Assembly: GCA_963823665.1 (NCBI GenBank) | Contig: CAWGMQ010000007.1 | Span: forward strand, 128,001 to 192,000 | Origin: an uncultured Planctomycetota bacterium | Lineage (GTDB): Bacteria > Planctomycetota > Planctomycetia > Isosphaerales > Isosphaeraceae | Direction of reading: 5' to 3' | DNA: 64,000 nucleotides | Program-made: the position numbers and the translations under genes | In this document: in pieces, positions 10,646 to 20,873 of the stretch | Layout: each line of letters begins with the position of its first letter | How positions within the stretch are numbered: the first letter of the stretch is position 1 | Notes under the pieces: model-generated | The model's input: the letters and a program-made list of their open reading frames with translations, nothing else | Database searches by the model: none | Told to the model about the DNA's origin: nothing

Positions 10646-11945
10646 TCAGCGTGATCGTCCTTTCGGACCGGCCGTTGCCTGTCTGACGTTTCAGGCCTTC
10701 CGCCATTCGTGTGGACAGCTCCTTCATCTCCTCGGACACCATTTGCACCTTCTGCCGGAGCTGCCGCAGTTCTTCCTGCTGCTGTGGCGAAGTCGGCCGG
10801 GAAGTGAGGGAGTCTAAGGTCTTGATCGCATCATGAAGGTCCTGAGCGCCCTTCGTGTAGACGCAGCACCGTGTCGTATACAGCCTGCACTCGCAAGTCC
10901 TCATGATTCGGCTTGTAGAACGGACTGAGCACGAGTGGATTCGTGAAGATTTTCTGGACGAGCTTGTTTGCCCAGTCCGAGGCATCGCGGAAATTCGTGA
11001 CGGATCGTTCAATTTCCGCGCGACTGTGCGTGAGCATATCCGAGACCTCGTTCGCGATCTTGTCGCCCGAATAGAGCACGCGGTCGAGGCGTGCCCGCGA
11101 CATCTCCGCACCGTCGAGCAGCTTTTCGAGCTTGGGCAGATCGCGGGCGATGATCGGGTTGATCGAGCCGCTGACGTCGCGCACCGAGACCAGCGTTTGC
11201 CGGATCGCTTCTCGATTATCGACCATGTAGCCTTCGCCCTCTCGCGTGATCCCCTCGATGTGCGTGATGATCCGCTCGAGCTCGGGCGACTTTGGCGTTC
11301 AGCTTGCGCGCCATGGTCATCGATCTGCCCGACGGTCGATTCCAGGGCCGGCCGCATCGAGTCGCTCATCTCGCGCAGGTTGCCGGCTGTCTCCTGGAGC
11401 GAGCCCAGGATCTGCTGAATCTGCGGCCCGATCGAATCCACTCGCTGCCGCACTTCGGCGATTGTGTGGCTCAAGTGGTTGCGCTCGACGGGGCCCAGGC
11501 CCACTTGTTCGATGATAGGGTCAAAGAGCGACGTCTCGACGCCCGGGATTGACTGCCCGGGGATAAGGGCGACGCTCGAACGGCCAGTCGACATGACGTT
11601 CACGTGGCTCATTCCGGTCAAGGCAGGCTGAATCGACACTTTCACATCCTGCCGCAGTTTCTTGACGAGCGCGGCCGGCAGCGAAATCTTCACCCGCGCA
11701 CGGAGCATTCCCTCGACTTCCACCAGATCGACATCGACCACGTTTCCCGTATCGAGGCCGGCGACCCGCACCGTGCTGCCGATCCGGACCCCCTGGGCGT
11801 CGCGAAACACCACGTCGATCGTGCGGTGAGGCGCCAGGAACCCGGGGCCGTCGCTCGCCATGCCGACGAGTGTCAGCAGTGCGGCCACCGCGGCAATCAC
11901 GATCAGACCGACCCACACATCACGCGCCCTGGACCGAGTGCTCAT
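10646..11945 (-). CDS. MlaD/MCE-family protein, frameshifted; 3' end approximate
   Basis: N-terminal TM helix, F.DA.GV.IGS.VRVAG..G.V MCE motif, helical tail spread over two frames. Confidence 0.8.
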
Positions 11946-12097
11946 CAAGCTTCCTCCCCACCATCCCGGAATTGCGAATTTGGCCCGGCAAGATCGATAG
12001 TCGCCTTTCGCTCCGCGAAAGTGCGTCCCCCATCATTCCCGAATTGCGAATACTGCTCGGGCCCAGCCTCGCCCTCCCCGGAATCTTGAATCGCCGC

Positions 12098-13075
12098 TCA
12101 AGGCTGCGGCAGTAATGTCGGGCCGTAGAACGGAACCGCGTGATACACCAGCATGAACCAGCTCGAGTTCATGATCAGAATCGCCACCATCGACAAGCAG
12201 GCCGCGCGGAAGACCGGCACGCTGCACGGGGGCGCGAGCCCTTGCCATCCAAGCGGAGCGCGGTCGACGGCGTCCCGGCTCTCGTCGTTTTCGCGATCGG
12301 AGAGCCCCTCGTAGCAACAAATCGCAGCCGGCAGGGCGCCGAACAGAATGCCTTTCACGATCAGGCCCGTCACGTCCCGGAACCACATCATCTTGAGCAA
12401 CATCATGAAGAACATCTCCGTCGAGAGCCCCATCAGTGACTCCGACGCCTTCCAGCCAACCACCGTGCCGACCGTGATGCCCCAGAGTGAGAGCAGGATG
12501 CACGCGATCGAGGCCGCCGCGATCCTCGGGCCGGTGAGCCGGTTCAGGCTCACGTGAACCGCCGGCCCCGCAGGCGGGTCGGCCGCGTTACGACCGCGGC
12601 GCCCTGATCCCGCGGACTCCGCGCCGGGTTCGGCCTGCTCGAGCACCACGTGACGTCTGATCATGCGCAGCTCCGGAATCATCCGCGCCGCGAGAATGCC
12701 GGAGAAAACCATGCCGCTCATGATTCCGCCCAGGTTGCGCAGCAAGCCCACGCCGACCACGGCGCCGGTGCCATCCACAAACGTGCTGCCGTAGTACGCC
12801 TGGAGCGAGAGGAACGAGCCGACAGCGACGTGCACGAGCCCGATCGTCGGAATCCCCATGGAAAGCATCCAGAAGAGCTGATGCAAGAGAGACCGCATGA
12901 AGCCCGGCCCGCGCTCGTCTCGGCGCCCCTTCCAGGGCCAGATCAGCCAGCCCAGGGCACCCAGCAGCAGAATCGTCACTCCGCCCACATAGCCCAGGCC
13001 GTCGACAACGCAGCGGCCCAACCAGGCCACCGGCCCACCCGGCTTGGGCGACGTTGTAAGGGTTCCAGAAGACAT
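12098..13075 (-). CDS. MlaE-family ABC transporter permease
   Basis: Multi-TM protein; LSLQAY, LLRNLG..MSG, ARM.PEL..IR, K..LFG...ICCYEG; adjacent to the MCE gene. Confidence 0.8.
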   Translation of the reverse strand: MSSGTLTTSPKPGGPVAWLGRCVVDGLGYVGGVTILLLGALGWLIWPWKGRRDERGPGFMRSLLHQLFWMLSMGIPTIGLVHVAVGSFLSLQAYYGSTFVDGTGAVVGVGLLRNLGGIMSGMVFSGILAARMIPELRMIRRHVVLEQAEPGAESAGSGRRGRNAADPPAGPAVHVSLNRLTGPRIAAASIACILLSLWGITVGTVVGWKASESLMGLSTEMFFMMLLKMMWFRDVTGLIVKGILFGALPAAICCYEGLSDRENDESRDAVDRAPLGWQGLAPPCSVPVFRAACLSMVAILIMNSSWFMLVYHAVPFYGPTLLPQP

Positions 13076-13113
13076 GGCCGGCTTCCTTCCGGGGCTCGAG
13101 CTCTCGCAAAAAA

Positions 13114-13543
13114 TCAGGGATCGCTCGAAACGCTCGCCTTGATTCTCCGGACCTTTCGCTTCCGCGTTTCGGTCGCCGCCAACTGAGGAGAAGGCGTGAT
13201 GCCCCTGCCTGCGGGCGCCTGAGCGACCCAAGCTTGCCACCGCTGGACGGCAGTTGACCGCTCCTCGGGGCTCGCCCAGGGCAAATAGCCAAAATCCTGG
13301 CCGGTGCCGCTTGCGCAGCTCTTCGTGAGCCGCCAGGCGCACCACCGGATCGCTGTCATCCAGCCGAGATAAGAGCGCCGGCAGCGCCTCGGAATCCGGC
13401 TTTTGGCCGCTCAGGCCGACAGCCCGGGCGCGAACCAATGGCGCCGTGCTGGCGATCTTCTCGAAACGTTTCGGACCATGCGCGCAGCCCCATGACGGAG
13501 CCAGTGCGGCTGCAAGCACGATCGTGCCGATCCATCGACCCAT
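13114..13543 (-). CDS. HEAT-repeat lipoprotein, frameshift near 13310
   Basis: Lipobox SWGC; ALPALLSRLDDSDPVVRLAA..L...TGQDFGY. Confidence 0.7.
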
Positions 13544-13762
13544 CCGCGCGACGCCCTTCCGTGGTTCGCCGGCTATTGAAATGACATCAGGCGCGCATCC
13601 GGCGCCTGTCGACCCCCGTCCGGAGTCGCCGCGAACTTTAGTCAAAATCCACAATCGCAACAATGCCAATCCGGCGGGCCGCGAGGGGATGAGGGAACCG
13701 GGCGGACGTGAGCGTTCGCACGTGTCGCTGGAGGGCTGAAATCGACGACGCGAGAATAGTAG

Positions 13763-13786
13763 TCCTAATCCTAATCCTAATCCTAA
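13763..13786. repeat. (TCCTAA)4 hexamer tandem repeat with degenerate continuation
   Basis: Directly visible in the sequence. Confidence 0.9.
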
Positions 13787-14333
13787 TCTCAATCCTGCTC
13801 TCATCCCTCACTTTCAACTCGCACCGTGACGAGCGAGTTCGTTCGTTTTGTACATTCGACGCGCGGCCTTTCCCCGCAAGGATTAAGGGAACGAACCCCT
13901 CCGCCCCAGCCTGACGATCTCGAGCGCGCACGAATGGATGCGAAACGTCTAACAAGCCAGATTCAGCCTGACGATCTGCCCGCGCCGGCGCGATCGAAAA
14001 GGGAGCTCCGGCGACCGCGAAGACCCGGCTGATCGTCTCAAACGGACGCCACGACAGTGGCGTCCTCCGTAACGCGAAAGTCGACTTGGGTTTTCGACAT
14101 CTTGGAGGGCCTATCTCTGGTGGTAATATTTGGTAATTAATGGTAACCCACGCGAGAGAATCTCGTTTCTCTCGCCGTCTCTCCGTCCAGTCCAGCCGGG
14201 CGTTCTTGCCCCGTTTGACGACATTGCAACATGCACTCCGATGTGCCCTGGACCGATGGGTTGCAGGGCGTGGTTCAAGCGCGGGTAACACTCCTCGACG
14301 CCATTCGAGGCGCAACCGGCCCGCCGGTCCCTT

Positions 14334-14398
14334 CGTAGGGTGGGTGTAACCCACCATCCCATATCGTATTACGACCGGTGGGTTGCACGCACCCTACG
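14334..14398. repeat. Inverted pair of GTAG-type REP elements
   Basis: cgtagggtgggtgtaacccacc ... ggtgggttgcacgcaccctacg. Confidence 0.85.
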
Positions 14399-14860
14399 TA
14401 CTGCCGCTCATTAACGGTGTTACCTTAGCGTCGCGTCCGTTGAACCACGCCGCAATTCGGCCCACTTTTCAGCAGCCCAGGAGCGGCGTGCAGGCGAATC
14501 GCTGCCCACGCACTTTCTCCCTATCTATATATGCGCCGGTCTTCGGAATTGGCCATTTCTCAATCGCACTTTCGATCTCTGTGAAAAAGCGCAAGTTCAA
14601 TCATTATAAGTGATTAACTTTCGAACATTTTCATACAGATATGCCCGTTCAATAAGCTTTGAAAAGTCCACCCTCACCCTGTGCGACGTGCCGCCCCGGG
14701 GGGCGGTTGGAGGCGGCGCCGGCAGGCGGCTAGCTGCGGAGCCCAGCGGCATTCTCGTCGCCTATTGCGAACTGGACGACTGCGGGGTGGCCAAGCTGAA
14801 GGCTAGCGCCGCTCTGTTCTGTAACGCGCGATCGTCCCCGCATGGCGGCAACAATGCCAC

Positions 14861-14882
14861 CGTAGGGTGGGTGCAACCCACC
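14861..14882 (+). repeat. GTAG-type REP element
   Basis: cgtagggtgggtgcaacccacc. Confidence 0.85.
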
Positions 14883-15640
14883 AGATCCTCAAGGTCTGAT
14901 GAGACAAAATGAGCCGAAATGAGACGAAATCAAGAAAATCAGTCTCACTCCCAATCGCCGTTCTCCTCCCATATCAAGGCATTACGCCGAATCGTCCGAT
15001 CAATTTCGATGGCAACCGTCCCACGTACAGAAAACACTGCTTCTTCCTCCCGTTTCCTCACACAGCCGCCAGGGCACGCCAAGCCGATGAAGGCGTTCCT
15101 CCCCAGTCCAGCCCCGCGTGCTCGCCCCCGTTTGACGACACCGCGACGCCGCTGAACCATGCCTAAGTTCGTTTTGTAGATTCGTCGCGCGTCCTTACGC
15201 CACAAGGGTTAAGGGAACGCGACAAGTCACCCGCCGGTCGACTCAAGTCTGGCACTGGCTGAACCTCCCCTCGCTGATCACTTGCCCCGCACATCAATTC
15301 CGGCGCGTATTCTTGTGTTTCTCGCTCCACCCGTGTCTCTCCGCCCAGCCCGCACCGCCACACGGCCAAAACCGGCGCGGAAAGCCCGTTGAAGCAACCT
15401 CGGTTAAACATAGTGAACAAGACCCCCGACCGACCGTGGCGCTTTGGTACGTCCCGCGCCACGGTGGCGTCGAACACCCGGAAAGCCCGCCGGCAAATTC
15501 CGATCCTCCTGTGCCACTTCGACATGTGGCACGCGCTTTCCGCCCTTGGACACCCGCTGCCCCCCTCCAATCGTGGCGCAAAGTGGCGCGTTTTCGTGGG
15601 TCCTCCAGCATCTGTACAGTAGTGTAAACCCCCGCTCGAA

Positions 15641-15661
15641 GTAGGGTGGGTGTAACCCACC
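15641..15661 (+). repeat. GTAG-type REP element
   Basis: gtagggtgggtgtaacccacc. Confidence 0.85.
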
Positions 15662-16661
15662 GGCTCAAGGAAGGGTGTGATCCCGACAAGTTGTCCGCTC
15701 CGGCCATCAACACCGCGCATGCTCCAGCGCGAAGGTTTGGAGTGATCATGTTTCAAGGCCATCCAGCTCCCTTTGACATGAAAAATGACGGTACTCTTGG
15801 CCTCTACCCTAGATGATCTACAAACGCCCCGATCCGTTTGCGCAAAAGATGTGGTATTCGTCCAATTCGAGCGAAATTTCTCCTCCCTCCGCCCTCGGCC
15901 TCTACCCCAAATGATCTACAAAACGCCCGTCCCAGTTTCCAAAAAGATGTCGATGTCGAATGAGCGCAATGCGGCTCACGGACCCCACACTTCGTGCGGG
16001 GGCATCGCTCCCCCCGATGTCGGCGAACTCGCGCCAGCGTTCGTCGCCCCGGTTGAGCGATCAAACGCGCGAAAGTTGCCACGAAGCCCGACGTGTCCTC
16101 AATGCCAAGACGACCCCACTTCCAAACAACATTCCAACAATGGTCTTCTGGATGAGGTACCTTCCCTGATAACCGAAAACAAGAGACGGCGTGACTGAAA
16201 CGAGCTGTAACTGCTCGTGACTTGAAATGAAGATCTCGGAGCAGCTTCACATCTTGGTAATTGTGGCCCGCGACTGCTGGCGTCAGAAAAGCGGGATTGG
16301 CGACTACGGCGCTGAAACTACCGCCGCCGCCCGGCCCTTGAAGATAGCGACTTACCGCCCGGCCTCTTGCATGCCATGCAATCTCGTCGCCGATCGACTT
16401 TTCGACCTAAACCTCATGCCAGGCCTTATTTTCTAGCATTTCGCTGCAAAATACAACGCCCTATATTGGGCGTCATTATCATGCATCACAAGGGGGTAAT
16501 TGAGCGCAAGGGGGTAGTAAAGGGGTAGTGAAAATCGCGGGCTTTTCGACGGCAAGCGGTCGCCTCTTTGCTAAGGTTCGCGCGCTCGCTTGGCGCTTGG
16601 AATGCCGATCCTCCTGGCGATGCGAGAGGGACGATTCCAGGGCGGCTGGATGGGCTGTGAA

Positions 16662-17600
16662 TCAACGGTTGATCTTCAGGTTCGGAAGAGCTTGCTGAAG
16701 TTGCTTCAGTCCCGCGTCGGTGACCTGAGTATTGGCGAGCTCAAGCGATGAGAGTTTGGTCAGGCCCTTCAGATGCGCCAGCCCGACGTCGGTGACTCGT
16801 ATATTGCCGCCGAGGTCGAGGATGGACAGGCCGGTCAGCCCCTTCAGATGGACCAGTCCAGCGTCAGAGACGTTGGTGTTACTGAGGTTGAGGTCGGAGA
16901 GTTTGGGCAGCCAGTACAGGTACCACAGACCGGAATCCGTGAAGAAAGTACCGGAAAGGTCGAGCGCAATGAGTTTGAACTGTCCGTTCAGATGCGCCAG
17001 CCCGGCGTCGGTGACTCGAGTGTGCGAAAGGCGGAGCCGTGCAAGATGGGGTAGTCCCGCCAGATGCACAAACCCGGCGTCGGTGACTTGCGTACTGCCG
17101 AGGTCGAGGACGGTAAGTTTAGTCAGCCCATTCAGATTAACCAGATCGGCGTCGGTGACTTTTGTGCCGATCAAGGAGAGGACGGCGAGGTTTGTCAGCC
17201 CCTTCAGACGCGCCAGACCGGAGTAGTCAAGCGACGATGTCAGGAGATTCAGACGCTCGAGCCGGGTGAGACGTTCGACTTGTGCGTACGTTGTGCCACT
17301 GCCGGTTTGGGAGAGCGAGACCGAGGTAACGTGACCGAAGTAGTCGACTCCAATGAGATTCACGAGCCACGTCGGCGCCCAAGGATTCCCTGCCGGAACC
17401 ATCGTCCCGTTGCTGTACTCCCAGTTACACATGACCGTGCCCCCGGCCTTCTCAATCGCTTCCACCGCCTCGCGCTGAATCCGTGCCCCCCGGACAATCC
17501 AGCCAAGCCATCCACCCACCAGCAACACAACGACAATCATCCCCCGCACGCTGAAGCGAGGGAATCTTCGCCAGGGACGTGAGACCGGCTTTGCCAGCAT
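16662..17600 (-). CDS. Membrane-anchored leucine-rich-repeat protein
   Basis: Repeated L.GLT.L..L.L..T.VTDAGL.HL units after an N-terminal TM helix. Confidence 0.9.
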   Translation of the reverse strand: MLAKPVSRPWRRFPRFSVRGMIVVVLLVGGWLGWIVRGARIQREAVEAIEKAGGTVMCNWEYSNGTMVPAGNPWAPTWLVNLIGVDYFGHVTSVSLSQTGSGTTYAQVERLTRLERLNLLTSSLDYSGLARLKGLTNLAVLSLIGTKVTDADLVNLNGLTKLTVLDLGSTQVTDAGFVHLAGLPHLARLRLSHTRVTDAGLAHLNGQFKLIALDLSGTFFTDSGLWYLYWLPKLSDLNLSNTNVSDAGLVHLKGLTGLSILDLGGNIRVTDVGLAHLKGLTKLSSLELANTQVTDAGLKQLQQALPNLKINR

Positions 17601-17741
17601 GGTGCCTGCTCCCGGGGATTGGGAATTGTTCACGCTCCGAGTCAGGTCGTACCAGGAAGCAGCCGAGAATTGACCGACGTTGATCGTAATCGCGCCGCCG
17701 CACCATCCTTGGACGCCTTCGACGCCCCCCACATCGAGGTC

Positions 17742-17930
17742 CTATCGATGCGCCCGATCGCGACGCTCCTTCCACGCACCGCCTTTGAGCATCATGCACA
17801 CCCACTGTCGGGAGATTCCGAACCGCGCTTGGAGCTGGGAGCGGGACGCGCCGGACGCTCGCAGCTCGCGGATTTGGCGAACCTTCTCCCAGGTGAGTTT
17901 CGGGCGGCGAGGTTTGCGAGGCATCTCCAT
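17742..17930 (-). CDS. Small helix-turn-helix protein
   Basis: KLT.EKVRQIR..GAS..L..RFGIS..V..G.AW motif. Confidence 0.6.
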   Translation of the reverse strand: MEMPRKPRRPKLTWEKVRQIRELRASGASRSQLQARFGISRQWVCMMLKGGAWKERRDRAHR

Positions 17931-18331
17931 AATGCGACCTCGGGGCTCTGCTTGCACCATTTCCGACCGCAGGTCACCGCGCCCGAGGTCGGGACTTGCG
18001 ATGATATGGTCGGCCAGTCAAACTGAACACCGTCCGGCAATGGAGCCAGGCGGAGTCAAACGATGGACTGCGCTGCAGACGTTGAAGCCACTTCGCTGTT
18101 CCGGCGACTCGCGGGCGCCCATCCCAGCGTCGAAGTCTGGCCGGACGAGGAGTTTACTGAGGGTGGCTAGTCCTACGCTTCGATCGTCTCGCGGTTTGAC
18201 GGAAACGTCCGCATTCTGGCCTATGTGAGGCTTCGGCCCGGTCAACTCCAACGTCGCACGTATGACGAGGCGGGCGATGACCTCTGGGTCGCTTCCGAAT
18301 GACGTCTAACTTCACGCTGCCATAAACTTCC

Positions 18332-18550
18332 ATGTACCGCATCAGCCGCAACGGACAAGAGCCCATCATCGACGTCGATACCGTCGAGGATAACGAGCCT
18401 GCGGTCCGCGATTTGAAAGCTGTCAGATACGACGTGGACGAAATCAGTGCCGACCCGTTGCCGAGTGGTCATACTTCAAGACGATGGGGAGTCGTGATCA
18501 AGTGGCGCGATGGGGCGGTCTTCCTTGAGCGCGATCCGTGGAAAGCGTGA
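18332..18550 (+). CDS. Small hypothetical protein
   Basis: 72 aa ORF, co-oriented with and just upstream of the TIR gene. Confidence 0.55.
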   Translation: MYRISRNGQEPIIDVDTVEDNEPAVRDLKAVRYDVDEISADPLPSGHTSRRWGVVIKWRDGAVFLERDPWKA

Positions 18551-18596
18551 AGGATTGCCGTATATCTCAGACGAGTAAGTGACGGAGATCAGCAAC

Positions 18597-19697
18597 ATGG
18601 ACCGTGATGAAGCTCTCGAGTTGCTCAAGGATGGAGCGCAAGGCATCGCCGAGTGGAATCGACGGCGCGTGTCAGGTGAGGAAATCCCTGAACTCAAAAA
18701 GGCTGATCTCACGGGCGCCGACCTCAGCAGCGCCAACCTCAACCGCGCCAACCTCAACGACGCCGACCTCATCGGCGCCAACCTCATTGGCGCCAACCTC
18801 ATCGACGCCAACCTCGGCTACGCCAACCTCAGCTTCGCCACACTCAAAGGCGCCAACCTCGGCTTCGCCAACCTCAACGGCGCCGAACTCAGCTTCGCCG
18901 ACCTCAGCGGCGCCTTTCTCATGCATGCCAAGTTTGCCGCCGCCGCATTCTTCGGCGCCAACGTCGAACACGCGAATTGCGGCTCGACGGTCTTCGCAAA
19001 CGTAAATCTTTCCAATACAAAGGGCCTCGAATCAGTTAGGCACGACTCTCCGAGCACACTCGGGGTCGACACGATTTTCCGCTCGAAGGGGACAACTCCC
19101 GAACCATTCCTCCACGGCTGCGGCGTGCCCGAAGCATTGATCGCATACTTGCCCGCCTTGATCAGCTCGATGGAGCCAATCCAGTTTTACTCGTGCTTCA
19201 TCAGTTACAGCACCGCCGATGAAGAATTCGCCACGCGCCTTCACAATGATTTTCAAGCGGCTGGCATCCGCTGCTGGAAATGGGATCACGATGCCCGGAC
19301 TGGTCGAAGCCTCTGGGGCGAGATAGACCAAGCGATTCGCGTGTACGACAAACTCGTACTGATCGCGAGCGAGTCTTCTCTCAAGAGTCCAGCGGTCAAC
19401 CGTGAAATAGAGCGGGCGATCGTCCAGGAAGACGAGCGGCTGAAACGCAATGAGAAAGGCGAGAAGCAAGTCGACGCCGATGTGCTGTTCCCAGTAACGC
19501 TTGACGCTTACATATTCACCAAATGGAATCACGAGCGAAAGGTCGATGTCACGAAGAAAGTCATAGCAGATGCGAAGGGGTGGGACTCTGACGCGAGGAT
19601 TTACGCCAAGGTGCGAGACAAACTGATCCGCGACCTCAAGGCGGAGGCGTCGGCCGCCTCACCCACCCGAACTAGCGGGCGGAAAAAACCACGTTGA
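18597..19697 (+). CDS. Pentapeptide-repeat plus C-terminal TIR-domain protein
   Basis: A(D/N)Lxx repeats; YSCFISYS..D..FA.RL..; V.RE catalytic Glu position. Confidence 0.9.
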   Translation: MDRDEALELLKDGAQGIAEWNRRRVSGEEIPELKKADLTGADLSSANLNRANLNDADLIGANLIGANLIDANLGYANLSFATLKGANLGFANLNGAELSFADLSGAFLMHAKFAAAAFFGANVEHANCGSTVFANVNLSNTKGLESVRHDSPSTLGVDTIFRSKGTTPEPFLHGCGVPEALIAYLPALISSMEPIQFYSCFISYSTADEEFATRLHNDFQAAGIRCWKWDHDARTGRSLWGEIDQAIRVYDKLVLIASESSLKSPAVNREIERAIVQEDERLKRNEKGEKQVDADVLFPVTLDAYIFTKWNHERKVDVTKKVIADAKGWDSDARIYAKVRDKLIRDLKAEASAASPTRTSGRKKPR

Positions 19698-19834
19698 GCA
19701 CCGTCGTCAGCCGCACAATCGCTCGGGCGCCGAGGCATCCTTCGACGCTTCGAGCTTCGCCGATCGGGCCGTTTTCAGTTTCGGGAAGAGCACAGCTCAG
19801 CACTGTCGCGCTCGCGGGTAGGTCCGCGAATATG

Positions 19835-20281
19835 TCAGCGCGAAGACTTCCCGGTGATAAAGTTGTATTGAGGTTTGAGATTCGTAGCAACGCCGGATCT
19901 TCTCGATGTATCATTCATGAACTCGTTGAAGTCATCAAATATCGCCGTCGCCGTCTCTACCGCTGCCTGCGCGGCCTTTCTCTTTTCAATGTCTGCCCTT
20001 CGCAAGTCGTAGTCCGCCTTTAATCGATCACCGTGGAGATCCCCAAGGATGCCGCCCGCGGTCTGCAACGCCTCATCTCCGCATTGCTGCAACATCCTTA
20101 CGACTTGGTTGTGCGCAAGTGAATTCTTCGCCGGGGGAAACCCGAGCTCGTCCAGAGTCTGAGCGGCGAAGTTGAACGCCGCGTAATAGGCGCGCCCGAC
20201 TGCCGCGCGAAAGTGCGCTGCCCCCGCATTCTGGGTTAAGACTAGCGCCTTGGCGAGGTCGAGAAAATCTCGGGAGTCCAT
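19835..20281 (-). CDS. HEPN-domain protein (UPF0332-like)
   Basis: R.AVGRAYYAAF..H..L...R..ADY motif. Confidence 0.8.
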   Translation of the reverse strand: MDSRDFLDLAKALVLTQNAGAAHFRAAVGRAYYAAFNFAAQTLDELGFPPAKNSLAHNQVVRMLQQCGDEALQTAGGILGDLHGDRLKADYDLRRADIEKRKAAQAAVETATAIFDDFNEFMNDTSRRSGVATNLKPQYNFITGKSSR

Positions 20282-20282
20282 C

Positions 20283-20873
20283 TCATATTATGTCATAATG
20301 AAGTTTTATGAGCCCCCGGTGCGTGCCGAGTAATTTCGCCGTCTCGCGGGCGAATTCTCTGTGCGACGCGACGTTGTCGCGCACCGTACCCCTGACCTGG
20401 ATTTCAATCACCAAATACGAAGCGTGATGAACCTCCGGGTCGTGTACCAGCGTGACGGACGGGCTTCCAACGATCGAGAAGTGCTTCCTCGCCGAATCGA
20501 TGGCTACACCCAATTCAGACGACATCCCATTCAAAAGGCAGAATCTGAGGGCCTCGCCCGAAGTGCGCGTGGCGGCAAGCCCCGACTCCGTTCGAGACGC
20601 GAATTCCTCTCGCGCCGACAGCTTACGAACCAGATCCAACCAAATGGACCAATAACGAACAGCAAGCAATCGTTGATCAACTATTGCTCGTGCGTCAACT
20701 ATCGAAACGTCAGATCCAAACTCACCCAAAGCGCGATAGACATCGGCCTCGACCTTGGTGTTCTCGAACCTCGATGTCACTGAAGTGCCATTCTGGTAGC
20801 TTAGCTCAGGAAATGTACCTGGATCGCGAGGCGAACCCGCAACTGGGAATTCGGCTAGCGGGTTGTCCATCAT
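20283..20873 (-). CDS. Hypothetical protein, candidate antitoxin
   Basis: Overlaps the upstream gene and ends 1 nt before the HEPN start; C-terminal DPE..YLVIEIQV motif. Confidence 0.65.
   Translation of the reverse strand: MMDNPLAEFPVAGSPRDPGTFPELSYQNGTSVTSRFENTKVEADVYRALGEFGSDVSIVDARAIVDQRLLAVRYWSIWLDLVRKLSAREEFASRTESGLAATRTSGEALRFCLLNGMSSELGVAIDSARKHFSIVGSPSVTLVHDPEVHHASYLVIEIQVRGTVRDNVASHREFARETAKLLGTHRGLIKLHYDII

Larger units (their letters stand above)
13841..15219 (+). repeat. 53-bp dispersed direct repeat, copies at 13841-13893 and 15167-15219
   Basis: gttcgttttgta..cctt..caagg.ttaagggaacg; 46 of 53 positions identical by manual alignment. Confidence 0.8.

Noticed and set aside
13763..13786. 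Telomere-like (TTAGGA)n repeat
   Set aside because: Only 4 internal copies that decay into related hexamers; an ordinary bacterial simple repeat
12098..13804. 568-aa ORF as a HEAT-MlaE fusion protein
   Set aside because: Created by a frameshift near 13310; the lipoprotein ends at 13114 in another frame and MlaE has its own RBS and ATG at 13075
13600..16600. Replication origin or RNA genes in the long intergenic region
   Set aside because: No clustered DnaA boxes and no recognisable tRNA or rRNA motifs
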